This document shows positions 26,992 to 32,000 of a stretch of DNA of 32,000 nucleotides, piece by piece (position 1 is the stretch's first letter; each line of letters starts with the position of its first letter). The stretch lies in NCBI RefSeq assembly GCF_051097895.1, contig NZ_CP142525.1, forward strand, positions 540,001 through 572,000, given 5' to 3'. Both the position numbers and the translations under genes were made by a program. The DNA is from Psychrobacter sp. HD31. Its GTDB lineage: Bacteria; Pseudomonadota; Gammaproteobacteria; Pseudomonadales; Moraxellaceae. The notes beneath the pieces were generated by a model. That model saw only the letters and a program-made list of their open reading frames with translations. It was not told the origin of the DNA and did no database searches.

Positions 26992-28323
26992 TCAAGCAGC
27001 AGATTTTAACATTTTTTTGTATAAAAATATTGATAAAATCATCAATCTTAACAATAAAATTAGCCAAACACTTTGCCAAATTCCTTGGGCTCCAAATATA
27101 TGATATAACAGATAGCTAGTGGGGAAGAACATTAAGGCGACCAATGTTGCTGTTTTTCTTATTTCTTTACCGGCGGTTAGCCCAAATAATACGCCATCTA
27201 ACCAATAGGCACCCACACCAATAACTGGGATAAAAATAGCGTACCATTTATATTGAACTGCCATAATTTTTATATCATTTATGTTAGTCATTAAGCTTAT
27301 AAACTGCGGGTAAAACAACCACCATAAGAAAGATAGAAAAATCGCTAAGAGATAGCTAATAATGCCGGTTTTTTTCAAAACTTGTAAAAAGTAAAAACGA
27401 TTTTTACTTGCATAGCTTTGACCAGATAAAGTTTCAGTTGCCACGGCAATGCCATCTAAAGCAAAAGCAGAAATATATAAAACTTGTAAAAAACAAGCAT
27501 GTGTTGCCAATACAAGATCACCACTTTGTGCAGCCAGTTTTGTTATCCAAGCAAAGCTTAGCGTTAACAGTAGGGTGCGAATAAAAATATCTTTATTAAG
27601 AGAAAGTAGGCTAGCCAATGCATTAATATTAGGCTGCTGCCAATTAATTTTAAATATATCGGTTAATTTAACCTTTAAGTGTCTTACAACAAAAATAAAT
27701 GCCAATAAAACAGATAACCAATAAGCGATGACCGTACCTAAGGCAACTCCTTTAATACCTAGGTTAAGTATAAAAACAAAAACCATGGTTAATATAATAT
27801 TACTGACGGCGATAAAACTTTGCAGATAAAGCATTATTTTGGTTTTGCCCATACCTGCAAACCACCCTAAGAATGCATAATTAAATAGTTCGGCAATAAA
27901 ACCAAAAAACCTAATTTCAAGATATTGTTTTGCTACCAACCCATTACTTTGATTTGCAGAAAGTATCTTTAAAGCAAAAGGTATTAACCATTGACGCAGT
28001 AATAAAAGAAAAAATCCGATGATTAAAGCAAGTAACAGCGCACGCTGTAATATTGCCAAAAGTTTTGTGTTCGCACCTTTGTTGTCTTGACCGTACTGAC
28101 CAACGGCTTGGGCGGATAAACCAGAAGAGGCGTATTGTAAAAAATTAAAGCTAACCAGTAATAAAGCAATAACTTGCATAGATAACCCAAGACCAGCCAG
28201 TTTAAATGGGTCATTAAAATGCCCCACAATTGCTGTATCAATAAGGTTTTGTATTGGCATAGCAAGGTTTGCAAAAACAACGGGTATTGCAATGCTAATA
28301 ATACGTTTATAGCTAATATTCAT
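26992..28323 (-). CDS. MATE-family efflux transporter, DinF-like subfamily
   Basis: 443 aa with about 12 TM helices. The N-terminus IPVVFANLAMPIQNLIDTAIVGHFNDPFKLAGLGLS resembles the DinF-type pattern (L.G.VDTAV.GHL....L). Confidence 0.8.
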   Translation of the reverse strand: MNISYKRIISIAIPVVFANLAMPIQNLIDTAIVGHFNDPFKLAGLGLSMQVIALLLVSFNFLQYASSGLSAQAVGQYGQDNKGANTKLLAILQRALLLALIIGFFLLLLRQWLIPFALKILSANQSNGLVAKQYLEIRFFGFIAELFNYAFLGWFAGMGKTKIMLYLQSFIAVSNIILTMVFVFILNLGIKGVALGTVIAYWLSVLLAFIFVVRHLKVKLTDIFKINWQQPNINALASLLSLNKDIFIRTLLLTLSFAWITKLAAQSGDLVLATHACFLQVLYISAFALDGIAVATETLSGQSYASKNRFYFLQVLKKTGIISYLLAIFLSFLWWLFYPQFISLMTNINDIKIMAVQYKWYAIFIPVIGVGAYWLDGVLFGLTAGKEIRKTATLVALMFFPTSYLLYHIFGAQGIWQSVWLILLLRLMILSIFLYKKMLKSAA

Positions 28324-28371
28324 AATTTTATAATTATTTTACAATTGTAAGTAAAGCAAAAAAATAAACAG

Positions 28372-28414
28372 TTTATAAAATAAAGCACCTACACAGAGTA
28401 CTGATAGGTGCTTT
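28372..28414 (-). terminator. Rho-independent terminator after secF
   Basis: AAAGCACCTA (28382-28391) pairs perfectly with TAGGTGCTTT (28405-28414), with a 13-nt loop. On the minus strand the stem is followed by TTTATTTTAT. Confidence 0.55.
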
Positions 28415-28441
28415 AACAACTTTTAAGAGTTAGGTTTTAGT

Positions 28442-29620
28442 TTAGTCTAATGCTTTTGGGTCATTAAAACTCACCACTTCTTCAGCAAATTCTGGTTTAA
28501 CTTTAACAACAAAGTCATCACGAGTTAAGCCCATCATCAATGGGATGGCACTGGCGATATAAACAGATGAATACGTACCAGCAACCATACCAATAAACAA
28601 AGCAACTGAGAACCAGAATAGGCCATCACCACCTAAAAACATCATCGCCCAAATAACCAATAGTACCGTCATACTTGTCATAAAAGTACGACGCAAAGTT
28701 TCGGTCAGTGAAACATTGATAACTTGGCGTGGACCAACACCGCGTATACGACGAAAGTTTTCTCTAATTCGATCATAAACAACAATGGTATCGTTAAGAG
28801 AGTAACCAATTAAGGCAAGCACAGCAGCCAATACCGTTAAATCAAACGGCCAGCCGAATAAGGCAAACACACCAATGGTAATAATTGCATCATGGAAAAG
28901 TGCTAAAACCGCACCAACCGATAGCTTAAATTGGAAACGAACAGCAACATACACCAGCATACAAGCCAGAGCTAAACCAATTGCCATTAATGAGTTTAAG
29001 TATACCTCGCTACCAACTTGGCTACCAATAATGTTAATGCTTTCGATATCGGCATTATTACCATTAATATCAAGGGCGTTATTTAAACGTTCTGTCAGAC
29101 CTTCTGCATCAACATCTTGCGGAGGCAAACGCACTAACAGCTCTTGACGTGTACCTAAATACTGCACAACTGAATCATCAAAACCGTTATCTGCTAGTGC
29201 TTGCACCACCACCGTTTGCTCAACAGGGTTTTCATACCTAACATCGGCAGAAACACCACCTGTAAAATCTAAGCCAAGATTTAAACCTTTAAATAAAATA
29301 GCGCCCAAAGCAATGAGTACCAGCAACCCAGATATGATTACCATAGGTTTTTCAATTTTCATAAAATCGATGATACGTTTATCACCAATAGCTTTAACGC
29401 CACCTTCAGCAATCGCGGCTTCATCCGCCTGTTCTAACAATGCCTCATCCACTTGTGTGGTATTGGTAGCCGACTTGTTTTGAGAAACAACTTGGTTGGC
29501 TTGTACATTGCTACCTTTACCGTTACGGCGTGGTTTATTGCGATTACGATGGGTTTTTTGCTCGTTATTAACCGTGGTTGAAGTAGGAGCATTACCTGAA
29601 TTTTTGTTTTCTTCTGTCAT
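28442..29620 (-). CDS. secF: Protein-export membrane protein SecF with a ~65-aa N-terminal extension
   Basis: The core from DFMKIEKPMVIISGLL...GLNLGLDFTGG onward is collinear with E. coli SecF. An AGGAGA Shine-Dalgarno sequence lies 6 nt before ATG 29620, and the gene begins 12 nt after the secD stop, which supports the long form. Confidence 0.92.
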   Translation of the reverse strand: MTEENKNSGNAPTSTTVNNEQKTHRNRNKPRRNGKGSNVQANQVVSQNKSATNTTQVDEALLEQADEAAIAEGGVKAIGDKRIIDFMKIEKPMVIISGLLVLIALGAILFKGLNLGLDFTGGVSADVRYENPVEQTVVVQALADNGFDDSVVQYLGTRQELLVRLPPQDVDAEGLTERLNNALDINGNNADIESINIIGSQVGSEVYLNSLMAIGLALACMLVYVAVRFQFKLSVGAVLALFHDAIITIGVFALFGWPFDLTVLAAVLALIGYSLNDTIVVYDRIRENFRRIRGVGPRQVINVSLTETLRRTFMTSMTVLLVIWAMMFLGGDGLFWFSVALFIGMVAGTYSSVYIASAIPLMMGLTRDDFVVKVKPEFAEEVVSFNDPKALD

Positions 29621-29632
29621 GATTTTCTCCTA

Positions 29633-31513
29633 TTAACCGATACTTAAACGTTTAATATTTTTACGTTTACCGTAAAAAATTTGTACCAAAGCACGTGTTA
29701 CCAAAATAGCGGTAAACAAGGAGCTAATGATACCGATAGCAAGCGTAACGGCAAACCCTTTAATGGGACCAGAACCAATCGCAAATAAGATAAATGCAAC
29801 CAATAGTGTGGTAATGTTAGCATCAAAGATACTACTAAACGCTCGATCAAAACCTGCCACAATAGCCGATTTTGCTTTTGCACCACTGGCTAGTTCTTCA
29901 CGTATCCGCTCAAAAATCAGCACGTTTGCATCCACCGCCATACCAATGGTTAATACAACACCTGCAATACCTGGCAAGGTGAGGGCAGAACCTAACATAG
30001 ACATAATTGCAACAATGATGATGACGTTAATTGCTAATGCGATATTGGCGATAACACCAAACATACGATAAAAGATAATCATAAATATGAATACAGCCAA
30101 ATACCCAATTTGAGTTGAGAATAAACCTTTATCAATATTTTCTTGCCCAAGTGACGGACCAATGGTGCGTTCTTCTACAAAGTACATAGGTGCTGCTAAA
30201 GCACCAGAGCGTAATAAAAGCGCCAATTCAGAAGCTTCTTCTGCACTGTCTAACCCTGTAATACGAAATGATGAGCCCAGTACAGCCTGAATAGTTGCAC
30301 GGTTGATGATTTTAGTTTCGGCATACGGTGTGCGTACTTCTTTAACTTCTCCAGTTGCTGGATCAGTTTCATAAGAAATCTTTTGTTTATTTTCAATAAA
30401 CAATACTGCCATTTGCTTACCAACAGAAGCACTGGTTGCATTTTGCATCAGCTTACCACCTGCGGTATCCAAGGTGATGTTAACTTCTGATTGTCCGCTT
30501 TCTTGGTCAATACCTGTTTGGGCATTTTGTACTTTATCACCCGTTACAATCGCTTGGCGGTTTAGTAAAACTAAAGGACCATCTAGTGTTTCAAATGGAT
30601 AAGCTTCTGTGCCTGCCGGTGGAATGCCTCCAGCAAAACCATCTGCATTATCGGCAACCATTCTAAACTCAAGGTTGGCAGTACGCCCAATAACTCGTTT
30701 TGCTTGCGCCGTATCTTGTACACCAGGCAGTTCAATCACAATACGGTTTTCACCCTGTGATTGCACTAACGCTTCAGCAACACCAAGCTCTGCAATACGG
30801 TTACGCATGGTGGTTAAGTTTTGACCAACGGCATATTCATTGATTTCATTAAGTGCGAAATCATTATAGTCCATTTTTAAAGCAGCGCCTTGTTCATCTA
30901 TAATCGATTGCAAGGTAAATTTGTTACCCATGCTAGACTGCAGTACATTTTTTGCAGTATCACGCGTTGCTGTATCTGTAAAATGGAGCAACAAACCACG
31001 TGCTTCTTGTTTTAAACCGTTGACACTAATGCTTTCGTTACGTAAATTTTGGCGGGCTTCACGAGCAGCGGTTTCTAGCCTTCCTTCCAAGGCCTTATCC
31101 ATATCTACTTCTAAAACAAAGCGTACACCACCACGTAAATCCAGCCCCAGCTTCATCGGTTTAGCACCAATTTTTGCTAGCCATGACGGCGTTGTTTGGG
31201 CAAGGTTTAAAGCAACAACATAGTTGTCTCCGAGTTTTTTGCGTAAAACTTCCTGTGCTTTAAGCTGTTCTTCAGAAGAGTCTAAACGGAGGAGGGCACT
31301 GTTATTTTCTAAGCTAGAATCATGGTACTCTATCCCTGCCGACTCAAGCAAAGATTGAGACTGCTCTAATACACTTTGAGATAATTCTGTACCTGCTGAA
31401 CTGCTGGTAATTTGTACGGCTGGTTCATCAGGGTACAAATTGGGTAGGGCGTATAGTCCTGAAATAGCTAAGACAATAGCGATGACAAAGTATTTCCAAT
31501 TGGCGTAATGCAT
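29633..31513 (-). CDS. secD: Protein-export membrane protein SecD
   Basis: 626 aa. MKLGLDLRGGVRFVLEVD, a large periplasmic domain, and a C-terminal RND-like six-TM bundle (LTLPGIAGVVLTIGMAVDANVLIFERIREE). Confidence 0.95.
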   Translation of the reverse strand: MHYANWKYFVIAIVLAISGLYALPNLYPDEPAVQITSSSAGTELSQSVLEQSQSLLESAGIEYHDSSLENNSALLRLDSSEEQLKAQEVLRKKLGDNYVVALNLAQTTPSWLAKIGAKPMKLGLDLRGGVRFVLEVDMDKALEGRLETAAREARQNLRNESISVNGLKQEARGLLLHFTDTATRDTAKNVLQSSMGNKFTLQSIIDEQGAALKMDYNDFALNEINEYAVGQNLTTMRNRIAELGVAEALVQSQGENRIVIELPGVQDTAQAKRVIGRTANLEFRMVADNADGFAGGIPPAGTEAYPFETLDGPLVLLNRQAIVTGDKVQNAQTGIDQESGQSEVNITLDTAGGKLMQNATSASVGKQMAVLFIENKQKISYETDPATGEVKEVRTPYAETKIINRATIQAVLGSSFRITGLDSAEEASELALLLRSGALAAPMYFVEERTIGPSLGQENIDKGLFSTQIGYLAVFIFMIIFYRMFGVIANIALAINVIIIVAIMSMLGSALTLPGIAGVVLTIGMAVDANVLIFERIREELASGAKAKSAIVAGFDRAFSSIFDANITTLLVAFILFAIGSGPIKGFAVTLAIGIISSLFTAILVTRALVQIFYGKRKNIKRLSIG

Positions 31514-31627
31514 AATAGTTTCTTAATATAACGGAGAATGAGAGCATACCAACTGCATTAATAACAATTAAATATCCTCTCAGTTTTTAACTTCCCATTT
31601 TTTAATATCCAACCTAGGTTTGATAAA

Positions 31628-31957
31628 TTACAGGCTGTCTAATGTACCATTAGGTAAAACAGAAATAACAGATGCTTTTTGTATCTTAATTTCATTGGTT
31701 GGGTTTAAGCTAACCACGGCGTATTCGCCTTCTACTGATTTAATTTTACCCATTAAACCACCTGCAAAAACCACTTCGCTACCTGCTGCTAGGCTTTCTG
31801 TCATTGCTTTATGTTCTTTTGCACGTTTTTGTTGAGGACGAATTAAGAAAAAGTAAAATACAACCAACATTAAAATCATTGGTAAAAAAGAGATTGCTTG
31901 ACCCATTGGGGTAGTAGCGGCATCTGCTGCATGGGCAGCTTGGATAAATAACATCAT
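31628..31957 (-). CDS. yajC: Preprotein translocase accessory subunit YajC
   Basis: 109 aa. A single TM helix followed by FYFFLIRPQQKRAKEHKAM and a GD/GG.(V/I) beta-rich C-terminus. It sits upstream of secDF, as in most proteobacteria. Confidence 0.9.
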   Translation of the reverse strand: MMLFIQAAHAADAATTPMGQAISFLPMILMLVVFYFFLIRPQQKRAKEHKAMTESLAAGSEVVFAGGLMGKIKSVEGEYAVVSLNPTNEIKIQKASVISVLPNGTLDSL

Positions 31958-32000
31958 AATCTAAAAACTCTATAAAAATTAACATTAAAAAGTGTTTGGG

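Noticed and set aside
31514-31627. The 114-bp yajC-secD spacer, which has weak GAGAG/CTCTC complementarity. Other AT-rich intergenic hairpins were also noticed, e.g. 8812-8832 and 17410-17450.
   Set aside because: The stems are only 5-7 bp with large loops or G-U pairs. They have no T-tracts and no similarity to each other, which is insufficient for an sRNA, riboswitch or REP-element call.
1-32000. A window-wide search for CRISPR repeats, IS ends or transposases, integrases, tRNA/rRNA genes, toxin-antitoxin pairs and defence-island-like gene content.
   Set aside because: None was found. Every ORF longer than about 100 aa that is not a shadow ORF has a recognisable housekeeping family. The intergenic gaps (at most about 235 bp) contain only promoters and terminators. 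I therefore do not claim a hidden accessory system.

Overview
This looks like an ordinary chromosomal core region of an AT-rich gammaproteobacterium (roughly high-30s % GC by eye, not computed). The lineage call rests on the gene set tusD, glnE, zapE, sixA and yajC-secDF. I support 30 protein-coding genes, and nearly all are recognisable housekeeping functions. They are: tusD (partial, at the left edge), a GT4 glycosyltransferase + PAP2 phosphatase pair, glnE, a NorM-type MATE exporter, hemW, an entericidin-like lipoprotein, trmL, an alpha/beta hydrolase, zapE, a nitroreductase, gpsA, sixA, a Pal-like lipoprotein, pepN, a HIT protein, an eight-gene Fe-S biogenesis unit (iscR-iscS-sufB-sufC-sufD-sufS-sufA-sufE), azlC-azlD behind a DinF-type MATE gene, and yajC-secD-secF. 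I saw no rRNA, tRNA, CRISPR array, transposase, integrase, phage gene or defence-type gene. No intergenic gap exceeds about 235 bp, so there is no room for a hidden large locus. I do not find convincing evidence for a wholly new biological system here. The most interesting feature is the hybrid ISC/SUF operon. An IscR regulator and a group-I IscS desulfurase are fused directly to a complete SUF machinery, with no iscU/hscBA/fdx. It is driven by a near-consensus sigma70 promoter whose -35 and spacer are covered by a near-consensus IscR type-1 operator. Secondary curiosities are charged or Cys/His-rich N-terminal extensions on SufB, SecF and GpsA, the GT4-PAP2 pair, an orphan Pal-like gene, and a single entericidin-like gene with a long polar tail. 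All functional calls come from motif-level reading of the translations. No database search was possible.
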